Shown here: one piece after another, positions 49,616 to 58,783 of the stretch
Layout of the letters: each line of letters opens with the position of its first letter
Numbering within the stretch: position 1 is the stretch's first letter
Assembly: GCA_964431835.1 (NCBI GenBank)
Contig: CAYSKO010000004.1
Coordinates: forward strand, 71,519 to 135,518
Direction of reading: 5' to 3'
Source of the DNA: an uncultured Planctomycetia bacterium
Lineage (GTDB): Bacteria > Omnitrophota > Gorgyraeia > 2-02-FULL-51-18
DNA length: 64,000 nt
Program-made: the position numbers and the translations under genes
The notes under the pieces: model-generated
What the model saw: the letters and a program-made list of their open reading frames with translations, nothing else
Told to the model about the DNA's origin: nothing
Database searches by the model: none

Positions 49616-50446
49616 TTATTTACCTCCGCTGAGTTCTTTGGAGCGGCGATGCGCCGCCTTGACCGCGTCTTGGACGATTTTGCCGAATCCCAGGCGCTTG
49701 TACACTTTGAGCGCGGCTTCGGTCGTGCCGCCCTTGGAGGCCACGCGCTCGATCAGGACCTCCGGATCATCCCCGCTCTCGGCGAGCACGCGGCCGGAGC
49801 CGAGCGCAGTCTGGTAGACGAGCTTTTTAGCGACGTCCACCTTCATTCCCATCTCGTGCGCCGCCTCAATCATTTTCTCCGCGAGGAGGAAGAAATACGC
49901 GGGGCCCGAGCCGCTCACCGCCGTCACGAGATCGAGCGATTTCTCGGGGACCGCGACGGCTTCTCCGAACGAACCGAGCACCGCTTCGGCGATCTTCTTG
50001 TGGCGCGCGTTGGCGTGGCGGCCGGCGGCGAACGCCGACATCCCGCAGCCGACGAGAGCCGGCATATTGGGCATCGCCCGCACGAGCGCGACGGGCCGCT
50101 TGAACCAGGCTTCGAGATTCGCGATCGTGACGCCTGCGGCGATCGAAAGAACGAGCGCGTCGCGGTCGACGGCGCCCGAGATGTCGGCCACCACGTCGGG
50201 AAGCGTCTGGGGCTTCACCGCGAGGATCACGACGTCCGCGAGCGATACGCACTGGCGGCCGGATTTTTCCGCGCGGGTCTTCGTTTCCTTCGCGAGGGCG
50301 CCGAGTTTTTTGGGGTCGACGTCGTAAACGCGGATGTTCTGGGGATAGACCGATTTCTCGACGAGGCCGCGGACCAGCGCGCCGCCCATGTTGCCGGCAC
50401 CGATGACCGCGATACGGAGGCCCGAAAGGGCGTTCTTCTGTGTCAT
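49616..50446 (-). CDS. proC: Pyrroline-5-carboxylate reductase
   Basis: IAVIGAGNMGGAL Rossmann motif. Internal start MTQKNAL with an ATGA overlap to yggS. The 152-aa extension in the track ORF is spurious. Confidence 0.9.
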   Translation of the reverse strand: MTQKNALSGLRIAVIGAGNMGGALVRGLVEKSVYPQNIRVYDVDPKKLGALAKETKTRAEKSGRQCVSLADVVILAVKPQTLPDVVADISGAVDRDALVLSIAAGVTIANLEAWFKRPVALVRAMPNMPALVGCGMSAFAAGRHANARHKKIAEAVLGSFGEAVAVPEKSLDLVTAVSGSGPAYFFLLAEKMIEAAHEMGMKVDVAKKLVYQTALGSGRVLAESGDDPEVLIERVASKGGTTEAALKVYKRLGFGKIVQDAVKAAHRRSKELSGGK

Positions 50447-51114
50447 GAAAAAAGCGCCCGGCCGATCCGCACCATGCTGGAACCCTCCTCGATCGCGGCT
50501 TCGAAATCTCCGCTCATGCCCATCGACAAATGCTTCATCTCGTACCGAACGTCCTTTTGCGCAGCGAGCGCATCCCGTAAGGTCCGCAGCTTCGCGAACG
50601 CTTCCCGCGCGGCGCGTTCCCCGCCTTCGAGCGGCGCCATTCCCATGAGCCCTCGCACGCGGATTCCAGGCAGATCGAACAGCGGTTCGAGTTCGGCCGG
50701 CAAGCGGGCGAGGTCGAAGCCGTGTTTCGCGGCGTCGCCCGAAACGTTCACCTCGATCAGCACGTCCAGCCTTCGCCCCTCGGCGAGCGCGGCCCCGCTG
50801 AGAGCCCGGACCAACCGTTCCGAATCCACCGATTGGACGAGCCGGAAAAGTGGAAGAGCAGCCTTCACCTTGTTCGTCTGCAAATGGCCGATCAGGTGCC
50901 ACTCGGCATCGAGCGCGGGTGCTTTCGAAAGAGCTTCCTGCACGCGGTTCTCGCCGAAGATTCGTAGACCCGCTTCGAATGCCTCGCGAACACCGTCAAG
51001 GTCCGTCCCCTTCGTGACCGCGACGAGAGTCACGTCTTCGGGCCGGCGCCCCGACCGAGCGGCGGCACGCGAAACGCGCGCACGAACCTCCTCGAGACGG
51101 TCTTTAAAAGTCAT
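50443..51114 (-). CDS. yggS: YggS-family PLP homeostasis protein
   Basis: Alanine-racemase-N-like fold with LVAVTK (PLP lysine) and IGHLQTNK motifs. Confidence 0.9.
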   Translation of the reverse strand: MTFKDRLEEVRARVSRAAARSGRRPEDVTLVAVTKGTDLDGVREAFEAGLRIFGENRVQEALSKAPALDAEWHLIGHLQTNKVKAALPLFRLVQSVDSERLVRALSGAALAEGRRLDVLIEVNVSGDAAKHGFDLARLPAELEPLFDLPGIRVRGLMGMAPLEGGERAAREAFAKLRTLRDALAAQKDVRYEMKHLSMGMSGDFEAAIEEGSSMVRIGRALFS

Positions 51115-51185
51115 TTAGGCCCTTGATTCTACAAGATTAAGGATGGAAGCGCAAGACGAGGCGGGGACCCGTAAAGGCCCGAAGA

Positions 51186-51599
51186 TCAGTACTGCTCTTC
51201 GTAGCGCTTCATGTCCGCGCGGGACGGGCGCGGAGTCCAGTAAGAAGGAGGCGAGCCTTTGGTACCCATGAAATCTTTGCCCGTCATCCGCGTGATAAGG
51301 CCGATCGGCGTGAGAATGAGATAAAAGAGAGCGCCAAGGAGGACGCGCGTCATGACCCAGCCCATCGCGAGCGCGAGAGCCATCCACGCTTTCTGAACCG
51401 GACGCAGGGCGCGCGGAGCGACGAAGCCGAGGATCGCGAGCGCCGCGCCGGGCCACAGGAAATACGGCGCGTGCGCTTTTCCTTTCCACAGGAAGAAGAC
51501 GCCGAGCGCGAAGAAAACGCCGCCGACCACGTGCCCGAAGGAACGCAGCTCCCGATCGCCGCTTTTGATGGTACGAATGTCGGAAAGGAAGGACATCTT
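51186..51599 (-). CDS. SxtJ-family small membrane protein
   Basis: Its two TM helices and the conserved LILTPIGLITRMTGKDFM...PSYW region match the SxtJ family. It sits directly downstream of a carbamoyltransferase. I used the internal ATG to avoid a 140-nt overlap. Confidence 0.6.
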   Translation of the reverse strand, partial: KMSFLSDIRTIKSGDRELRSFGHVVGGVFFALGVFFLWKGKAHAPYFLWPGAALAILGFVAPRALRPVQKAWMALALAMGWVMTRVLLGALFYLILTPIGLITRMTGKDFMGTKGSPPSYWTPRPSRADMKRYEEQY

Positions 51600-51601
51600 T
51601 T

Positions 51602-53422
51602 TTAATCCAGCTCGAATTGCTTTTGCCAGGCCGCGTCCTTCTCGAGCGGCTTCTGCTTTTTCTTGTCGATCACGTAATTCCCGAGAACGAGATAATCCAT
51701 TTCGGTGCGCATGAAGCAGACGTACGCTTCTTCCGGCGTACAAACCAGCGGCTCGCCGCGGACGTTGAACGACGTGTTCACGATGACGCCGCAGGAATGG
51801 TGCGCGTAGAACTCGGAGAGAAGCGCGTGGTAAAGCGGGTTCGTGTCCTTATCCACCGTCTGGACGCGCGCCGAGAAATCGACGTGCGTGACGGCGGGGA
51901 TCGACGAGCGGACGACGTTCAGCTTCTCGATTCCGAAAAGCGTCTCCTCGACGGCCGTGACCGCGCGGCGCTGGCACTCTTTCACGGGCGCCACGAGCAG
52001 CATGTAAGGGCTGTCGTGCTCGAGATCGAAGTAGTCCCCCACCCTTTCCTTCAAAACGGACGGCGCGAAAGGCCGGAAGCTCTCGCGGTATTTGATTTTG
52101 AGGTTCATCACCGACTGCATCTTCGGCGAACGGGCGTCGCCGATGATCGAGCGGGCGCCGAGCGCGCGCGGCCCGAATTCCATGCGGCCTTGGAACCATC
52201 CGACGACGTTTTCGGCGGCGAGGAGATCCGCCGTCCGACGCGGAAGCTCGGCCGCCGGCACGTGTTCGTGCGGGATCGCGTTCCGAGTGAGGTAGTCTTC
52301 GATCGCGCGGTCGCCGTATTCGGGGCCGAGATAGGAGCCTTTCAGCGTGTCGCGGCGGCCGTCGGCTTTCCGTGGGTTATCCAGGCAATGATGCCAAGCG
52401 AAGAGCGCCGCGCCGAGCGCGCCGCCTGCATCTCCGGCCGCCGGCTGGATCCAGATCTTCTCGAAAGCGCCGTCGCGAAGGACTTTGCCGTTGCCCACGC
52501 AGTTGAGCGCGACGCCGCCGGCGAGACAGAGGTTTTTCATGCCGGTTTCCTTGCGAACGTGGCGCGCCATGCGGAGCATCACTTCCTCGGTCACGTCCTG
52601 CACCGAACGCGCGAGATCCATCTCCCGCTGGGTGAGCTTCGATTCGGGCTTCCGGGGTTCGCCGCCGAAGAGCTTGTGGAAAAGCGGACCGGTCATCGTT
52701 AGGCCCGCGGGGTAATTGAAATATTTCATGTTCAGGCGGAAAGAGCCGTCTTCTTTCAAGTCGATCAGCTCGCGCAGGATAAGATCCTTGAAGCGGGGCT
52801 CGCCATACGGGGCGAGGCCCATCACCTTGTACTCACCGGAATTCACCCGGAATCCCGTGTAATACGTGAACGCCGAATAAAGAAGCCCAAGGGAATGAGG
52901 AAAGCGGATCTCTTTGAGGAGCTCAAGCTTGTTCCCGCGGCCGACCCCGACGCTTGAGGTCGCCCACTCGCCGACACCGTCCATCGTGATGACGGCGGCT
53001 TCCTCGAACGGCGAAGGAAAGAAAGCCGAGGCCGCGTGCGACTCGTGGTGTTCGGTAAAAAGCATGCGGCCTTCCCATCCGCCGAGATCCTCGCGGATCT
53101 GGTCCTTGATCCACAGCTTCTGTTTGATCCACACCGGCATGGCTTTCAGGAAGGAACGGATCCCAAACGGTGCGTACGCGAGGTAGGTTTCGAGGAGACG
53201 CTCGAATTTGAGAAAAGGCTTTTCGTAGAAGACGACGAGATCGACGTCCTTCTTGGATATGCCGCCCGCTTCGAGGCAGTAGTCGATCGCGCGCGCCGGA
53301 AAAGACTGGTCGTGTTTTTTGCGGGTGAAGCGCTCCTCCTGGGCGGCGGCGACGATCTCGCCGTCTCGGACGAGGCAGGCGGCGCTGTCGTGGTAGAACG
53401 CAGAGATTCCAAGGATGTTCAT
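51602..53422 (-). CDS. NodU/CmcH-family carbamoyltransferase
   Basis: MNILGISAFYHDSAACLV N-terminal carbamoyltransferase motif and the YrdC-like C-domain. 606 aa. Confidence 0.9.
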   Translation of the reverse strand: MNILGISAFYHDSAACLVRDGEIVAAAQEERFTRKKHDQSFPARAIDYCLEAGGISKKDVDLVVFYEKPFLKFERLLETYLAYAPFGIRSFLKAMPVWIKQKLWIKDQIREDLGGWEGRMLFTEHHESHAASAFFPSPFEEAAVITMDGVGEWATSSVGVGRGNKLELLKEIRFPHSLGLLYSAFTYYTGFRVNSGEYKVMGLAPYGEPRFKDLILRELIDLKEDGSFRLNMKYFNYPAGLTMTGPLFHKLFGGEPRKPESKLTQREMDLARSVQDVTEEVMLRMARHVRKETGMKNLCLAGGVALNCVGNGKVLRDGAFEKIWIQPAAGDAGGALGAALFAWHHCLDNPRKADGRRDTLKGSYLGPEYGDRAIEDYLTRNAIPHEHVPAAELPRRTADLLAAENVVGWFQGRMEFGPRALGARSIIGDARSPKMQSVMNLKIKYRESFRPFAPSVLKERVGDYFDLEHDSPYMLLVAPVKECQRRAVTAVEETLFGIEKLNVVRSSIPAVTHVDFSARVQTVDKDTNPLYHALLSEFYAHHSCGVIVNTSFNVRGEPLVCTPEEAYVCFMRTEMDYLVLGNYVIDKKKQKPLEKDAAWQKQFELD

Positions 53423-53504
53423 GAGGAATAAACTACCACAAAAAAGAAGAAGGCGTCACCGGGAAGAGACGGCTTCCCCAGCGACGCCTTCGTGTCTTCG
53501 AGCG

Positions 53505-54290
53505 TCAGGCCGCCGCTCGCGGCGAGGCGGGACTCCAGCGAACCGCGTCCGCGCGGTAACGCAGGAGGAGCCAGAAAAAGCGCATGTCGTCGACGAGGTA
53601 GCGCTTCCAAAGCCTCGCCGGCTCCATGAGGAGCCTCCAGAACCACTCGAGGCCCGCTTTTTGCATCCAGCCCGGGGCGCGTTTCACCATGCCGGCGACG
53701 AACTCGAACGTCACGCCAATTCCGAGCGACACGGGAACGCCGAGCGCGTCCTTGTGGCGGTGGATCCATTTTTCCTGTTTGGGGGCGCCGAGGCCGACGA
53801 AAAGGATGTCCGCCCGTGAATCCCGGACCGTCTTCACGATCTTGTCATTTTCGGTCGCGTTCTTCTCGAAGCCCATCGGCGGACAATACGTTCCGGCGAT
53901 CTCAAGACGCGGAAAACGCGTCTTCATCACCTTCGCCGCGCCGTCGGCCGCGCCGGGACGGCCGCCCATAAAGAACACGCGGTAGCCCTTCTCGGCCGCC
54001 AGCGCGCAGACTTCCGGAAAAAGGTCGGACCCGGAGACTTTTTCGCGGAGAGGCGTGCCGATCCATTTCGCCGCCCAGAGGAGCGGCATCCCGTCTGCGA
54101 GGACGAGGCCCGCGCTGTCGTACACACGGCGGAATTCCTCATCGTCCTGTAATTTGACCAAATGGTCCACGTTGGGCGTCACCACCGAGGCGGGCGTCTT
54201 CGCGCGCACGAGCGCGTCGATTTCAAAGACGGCCTCGCCCATCGTGACGTCGTCTATTTCGGTGCCGAGAATGCGGATTCGCTTGGGCAT
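53505..54290 (-). CDS. WecB/TagA/CpsF-family glycosyltransferase (GT26)
   Basis: Family signature PNVDHLV...ADGMPLLWAAK...FFMGG...ILFVGLGAPKQEKW. Internal ATG start. Confidence 0.85.
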   Translation of the reverse strand: MPKRIRILGTEIDDVTMGEAVFEIDALVRAKTPASVVTPNVDHLVKLQDDEEFRRVYDSAGLVLADGMPLLWAAKWIGTPLREKVSGSDLFPEVCALAAEKGYRVFFMGGRPGAADGAAKVMKTRFPRLEIAGTYCPPMGFEKNATENDKIVKTVRDSRADILFVGLGAPKQEKWIHRHKDALGVPVSLGIGVTFEFVAGMVKRAPGWMQKAGLEWFWRLLMEPARLWKRYLVDDMRFFWLLLRYRADAVRWSPASPRAAA

Positions 54291-54310
54291 CGCTTCCAGT
54301 TCCCCTTTCG

Positions 54311-56428
54311 TCAGTTTTTGAGTTTGATGCGGTACACGGAACCCGCGTACCGCGAGATATAAAGATGGGCGCCGTCCCTCGAGAAAGCCATCGCGGCCGC
54401 GCCGGCCCCATTCGGAAGGTCGGAGGTGATGTCGTTCCAGCTCCGGCCGGCGTCTTCGCTGAGGAAAATGCGACCGCCCGTCGAACCGTCCCACTTCACG
54501 GCGGTCACCGCGACGCGTTCGGGATTATTCGGATCGATAGTGATCGCCTCGCACGAGCCGGTTCCTTCGAATTGCTTAAGGAGCGTCCAGTTCGCGCCGA
54601 AATCGGACGAGAAATAGACCGCGGGGCCGCCCGAGTCAGTCGCGGCGTAGACCTTACCGTCGCTCGAGACCGCCAGGTCGAAAACCCAGCCCGTGGCCGA
54701 GAACACCTTCGTCCAGGTGAGACCGCGGTTCTCAGACCGGTAAATACCACCGTTGGCGCTCGTCCCGGCCGTTCCCCAGTAAATGCGGTTCGGATTCGCC
54801 GGGTCGACGGCGAGGCCGTTATAGACGCGCAGCGAGCCGGGTTGGCCGTCTGGACGCGTCCACGAATAGCCGCCATCGGTCGAAAAGAAGAATCCGCCGC
54901 CGTCGTCGCCGTCGATGCCGAGATAAAAACGTTTCGGATCGGAGGGGTCGACGGCGAGCGCGCGGGCGTATCCTTTATCCCAGACCGTGTTCACCTTCGG
55001 GTACGTGAGCGGAAGGCCGGTGCGCGTCTTCTTGAACGCGACGCCGCCGTCCTCGCTGATGAGCACCTGGTTGGAGGTGACGTCCCACGGAGAACTCGTC
55101 GCGACCACGTGTTTGCCGAGCGGGCCGGCGGCGATCACGCGCCAAACATGGCCCTTCACGCTGTTGTCGACGGTGTCGACGGGGCACAGCGACTTGTAGC
55201 TTACGCCGCCGTCCGAGGATTTCATGAGACCGTTGTCCATCGTGGCGACGAGGATCGCGCCGTCCGGCGCGACGGTGATGTCGGATCCCACGGTGTTCGC
55301 CGCGCCCTTGATCCGCTCAACCCAGCTTTCGCCGTTGTCGTCCGAGCGCCAAACGCCCCAAAAATCGGTGAAGTAGAGCGTATTCGCCTCGAATGGATCG
55401 AACGAGACCGAGAGCGGCCAGCCGAAGCCTTGCGCCCACACGCGAGTCGGGTTGAGAAGGACGTCGTGCGAAAGGTTCTTTTCAATGTCTTTCCAGGTCT
55501 TCCCGGTATCAGGGCTCAGATACACCCCGCCGCCCCAGCCGTCGCGCCAGGCAGCGAGAAGCTTCGTCGTGCCGGCGCGGTCGCTCCGCACGGAGATGCG
55601 GTTGACGTGCGCGGTCTCCGAAGAACTGGGGATTGGCTCGGAATACTGCCACGTCGCGCCGTTGTCGGAGCTCCAGCCCACCCGTTTCTCGGCCGTGATG
55701 AAAAGCGTTTCCTTCCAGAGATAGGAGACCATGTCGAGGACCCGCGTCCCCTTCGCGACGTCGAGCCGCATCCACGCCCCGGCCGGGCCAGCCGAGAGGT
55801 CGTAGCGGATGAGGCCGAAGGTCGAGCCCGCGAAAAGCCAGCGGCCGTCGCGCGTCAGGTGAAGCGCGCTGATGGGCGTGGGCTGACCGAACGGATTCGG
55901 TGCGGCGCCCAGACGCGCGAACGACTCGCCTCCGTCGTTCGTAAACCAGACCTGACCGTCCTTCGTGCCCGCGTAAACCTTGTTGTGGTCGAGCTTGTCG
56001 ATCGCGATCGAGCGGTAATTGTCGGGGCGGCGGAAAAGAACTTTGTCTTTCGTTGAAGCGAGGTAGCGCCACGTCATCCCGGCATCGTCCGACCGCAGCA
56101 TACCGGTCTTCGTGCCGATGTAGAGCACGTTCGAGTTCGACTTCGCGACCGCGAGCGCCACGACGTGGAGCGTCGTGAGCCCCTGATTGCGGAACATCCA
56201 GACGCCGCCGCGCGTGTCGCTTCGCCAGACGCCCGAGACGTCCGAAATGAGATATACGCGGCCGTAGACGTTTCCATCCAGCACGACGCCCGGATACGCG
56301 CCGCCGCCGCACCATCCGGCGAATTCCCACTTGAGCATGGTATTGATCGCGCCCGCCGCGCGCGGAAGAGGATCCAGGAAAGCGAAGACGGCTGCTGCGA
56401 GGACGAGCGCTGTGCGAAGCTTTTTCAT
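54311..56428 (-). CDS. Secreted BNR/Asp-box repeat protein (about 12 SxDxGxTW repeats; twin beta-propeller, GH74/sialidase-like)
   Basis: Signal peptide MKKLRTALVLAAAVFA. Repeats include SDDAGMTW, TNDGGESF, SSDNGATW, SPDTGKTW, SDDNGESW, STDGGYSW, SSDFGANW and SEDAGRSW. Internal start with an ATGA overlap to the upstream GT2. Confidence 0.8.
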   Translation of the reverse strand: MKKLRTALVLAAAVFAFLDPLPRAAGAINTMLKWEFAGWCGGGAYPGVVLDGNVYGRVYLISDVSGVWRSDTRGGVWMFRNQGLTTLHVVALAVAKSNSNVLYIGTKTGMLRSDDAGMTWRYLASTKDKVLFRRPDNYRSIAIDKLDHNKVYAGTKDGQVWFTNDGGESFARLGAAPNPFGQPTPISALHLTRDGRWLFAGSTFGLIRYDLSAGPAGAWMRLDVAKGTRVLDMVSYLWKETLFITAEKRVGWSSDNGATWQYSEPIPSSSETAHVNRISVRSDRAGTTKLLAAWRDGWGGGVYLSPDTGKTWKDIEKNLSHDVLLNPTRVWAQGFGWPLSVSFDPFEANTLYFTDFWGVWRSDDNGESWVERIKGAANTVGSDITVAPDGAILVATMDNGLMKSSDGGVSYKSLCPVDTVDNSVKGHVWRVIAAGPLGKHVVATSSPWDVTSNQVLISEDGGVAFKKTRTGLPLTYPKVNTVWDKGYARALAVDPSDPKRFYLGIDGDDGGGFFFSTDGGYSWTRPDGQPGSLRVYNGLAVDPANPNRIYWGTAGTSANGGIYRSENRGLTWTKVFSATGWVFDLAVSSDGKVYAATDSGGPAVYFSSDFGANWTLLKQFEGTGSCEAITIDPNNPERVAVTAVKWDGSTGGRIFLSEDAGRSWNDITSDLPNGAGAAAMAFSRDGAHLYISRYAGSVYRIKLKN

Positions 56429-57396
56429 CGGGCGGCGCCTCCGGGGGTAGGGTTCGAAACGGGATGGGAAAAAGAAGGCCCGGCGGGAACCGCGCGCGCG
56501 GGCTCGAAACCGTCCCGCGAGAGCGCCGCCTTGGCGAATCCGGCCGCCCAGGCGCCGAGACCGAGCAGAAACGCCGGGAGCGAGCCAAGGAAAGCCGTGA
56601 AATAGGCGGGTTTCGCGAAAAGAATGCGTGCGGCGATGCGCGCGAACTTGGCGCCGAGGAAAAGCGGAAGCAGGAGCGTCGCGGCCAGCGGAGAGTACAG
56701 CGCAGAACGCGAACGCATGCGCCGGTACACGAGAACGTAGCGGCCAAGCAGCACCTGGTTTTTCAGGAATGCGCCCCACTCCTCGCGGAAAATATGGTAA
56801 ACCTTCGCGTCCGGAACGAACCAGAACGGCGTACGTGCGGAGACCTTGAGGCCGAAGAGCACGTCCTCGGACGCGCGGATCTCCGGAAAGCCGCCGACCT
56901 CGCGAAAGAGCGCTGTTTCGCAGTAGAGGTTGCAGGACGGGGCGAACGGCTTCGTTTTGGGCCCGCCGGCGTCCATGAATTCGTTGAATTGGAGGAAATA
57001 CTGCGCCCAGGCGATCGCCTTGCTTTTCTGAAAATACGGTAGCGCAATCGAGCCGCCGCCGACGCGGCGTCCGGCGCCGGCGTGCGCCGCGATTCGCTCG
57101 AGGCAGTCGTTGGCCATGAACGCGTCGGAGTCCACGAAAACCAGAAGATCGCCGGCCGCCTCGCGCGCGCCGATGTTGCGACCGACGGCCGGCATGACCC
57201 TCTCGCCCGCACGGATGACCCGCACCTTCCCGCCCTCTCGGGCGGCCAGGAAAGCGGGCGTGACGCCGTCGGTCGAGGAGTCGACCACGATCGCCTCGCA
57301 GAGAAGATCTTCGCGCGTCTGAAGCTTCAACGCGTCGAGCGTTTTGCCGATCGTTTTGTGCGAATTAAACGACGGGACGACGACGGAGATGCGCAT
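56425..57396 (-). CDS. Family-2 glycosyltransferase with C-terminal membrane segments
   Basis: VVVPSFN...VVDSSTD...VFVDSDA GT-A DxD region. Confidence 0.85.
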   Translation of the reverse strand: MRISVVVPSFNSHKTIGKTLDALKLQTREDLLCEAIVVDSSTDGVTPAFLAAREGGKVRVIRAGERVMPAVGRNIGAREAAGDLLVFVDSDAFMANDCLERIAAHAGAGRRVGGGSIALPYFQKSKAIAWAQYFLQFNEFMDAGGPKTKPFAPSCNLYCETALFREVGGFPEIRASEDVLFGLKVSARTPFWFVPDAKVYHIFREEWGAFLKNQVLLGRYVLVYRRMRSRSALYSPLAATLLLPLFLGAKFARIAARILFAKPAYFTAFLGSLPAFLLGLGAWAAGFAKAALSRDGFEPARAVPAGPSFSHPVSNPTPGGAAR

Positions 57397-58783
57397 GGGG
57401 GCTGGCCTGTTGGGGTTGGGGACTACGGGGGTTGAGGACCGCGTGGAAACGCATGGCCTTGAGCATGACGCCGATCAGGAACCAGAAATACCAGTTGAGC
57501 GCGAGGTAGTAGAACATGTTGTCCGCGACCGAGCTCAAGAGATACGTGATCACGTACGAGAGGACGACCGCGTATTCCGCCGAGAGCTTCGGCAGGCCCG
57601 CTCGCACGCGCGAAAAGAACGCGCGGATGATGCCGATATAGATCGCGACGTACGCGAGAAGCCCCGCGATGCCGGTCTCGAAGAGGATCTGCACGTAGGT
57701 ATTGTGCGCGTCCACCCCGACCTTGCGCTCGAGCAGGAAGAAGCTGCGGGAATACTGGCTGAACGTCGAAAGACCGTAACCGAAGAAAAAGCGCTCTTTG
57801 ATCCACGGCATCGCGCTTTTCCAGAGCTCCACGCGCCATTCTAACGAGTTCATGCGCTGAGAAGAACCACCGCCGAGATCCCCGGCGCGGTCCGCAATCT
57901 GAGGCAGCGCCATGCCTGCCACGACCGCCAGGAGCGAGATGACGAGATACTTCCTCTCTTTGATGAGCCCGTAGATGAAGAAAAGAAGCCAGCATGAGAT
58001 CCAGGCGTTGCGCGTCTTCGTTCCCAGGAGAAGAAAGAAGAGGTTCGCCATGTAGAGCAGGATCACGGCTTTCCTCCAGCCCGTCACGCGGAAATGCGCG
58101 GACTTCAGGATATAGAAGAAGAGCGCGATCGCGAAGACGAGATAGAACGCGAGGATGTTCGGATGCGTGAACGTGCCCAGGATGCGGCTGCCCGCGTCCT
58201 CGAACGTGCGGCCGCCACGCACGAGATCCACGTTGGCGAAGATCACCGGCAGGACGGATGACCAGGCAAGGACCTTGATCCAGCGCTTTTTGTCGTTCAC
58301 GTGGGAATCGATCAGGAACGGCAAAAGCGCCATGCAAAGATAGCTCGTCAGATTGAAGAAAAACCGGATCGCCGTAAACGGCGCCGGCGAATAGAACACG
58401 GCGACAAGGCACACCACCAGGAACGGCAGCCAGCTCTTGAAAAGACGGTTGTTGCGAAGTTCGCCGATGTGACGGAAACCAAGCGCGAACGTGAGCATGA
58501 GGACGAAGAGGTTCAGAACCGCGCCGAACCCGAGCCCGCCGCTTTCCCCTTTTGTCATATTGAGCACCGGGTCGAGCAGCGCACGGGAGAAAAGGATCAG
58601 CGTAACCATGAGCCGGATGTCCAGCGCGACGATGAGGAAAAGAAGGCAGACGAACGGAAGCGCGAAAAGGAATACCGGCTTCTCTATCGCCATCGGCAAG
58701 ATTTTAATGAGGCCGAGGCCGAGCGCACCCCCGAAAACCAGGGCGGCCCAGACGTTCAGCCTATGCGCGGGCGAGCTCAGCAT
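57365..58783 (-). CDS. O-antigen ligase/Wzy-family polytopic membrane protein
   Basis: About 12 TM helices and a large periplasmic loop carrying the Wzy_C-type HNTYVQILFETG motif. Start chosen at an internal Met. Confidence 0.7.
   Translation of the reverse strand: MLSSPAHRLNVWAALVFGGALGLGLIKILPMAIEKPVFLFALPFVCLLFLIVALDIRLMVTLILFSRALLDPVLNMTKGESGGLGFGAVLNLFVLMLTFALGFRHIGELRNNRLFKSWLPFLVVCLVAVFYSPAPFTAIRFFFNLTSYLCMALLPFLIDSHVNDKKRWIKVLAWSSVLPVIFANVDLVRGGRTFEDAGSRILGTFTHPNILAFYLVFAIALFFYILKSAHFRVTGWRKAVILLYMANLFFLLLGTKTRNAWISCWLLFFIYGLIKERKYLVISLLAVVAGMALPQIADRAGDLGGGSSQRMNSLEWRVELWKSAMPWIKERFFFGYGLSTFSQYSRSFFLLERKVGVDAHNTYVQILFETGIAGLLAYVAIYIGIIRAFFSRVRAGLPKLSAEYAVVLSYVITYLLSSVADNMFYYLALNWYFWFLIGVMLKAMRFHAVLNPRSPQPQQASPHAHLRRRPVV

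Noticed and set aside
51115-51489. 124-aa ORF that might have been the SxtK-like partner of SxtJ.
   Set aside because: It is an alternative frame overlapping the SxtJ-like gene. It is Arg-rich and not hydrophobic, unlike DUF5989.
54285-54315. Possible 2-nt discrepancy or frameshift near the WecB/TagA GT start when reading the raw bases around the 54300 line break against the ORF-track translation (TKGELEAM).
   Set aside because: The ORF track shows an intact 329-codon frame with consistent coordinates. This is most likely my own mis-reading at the line boundary, so I did not call a pseudogene.
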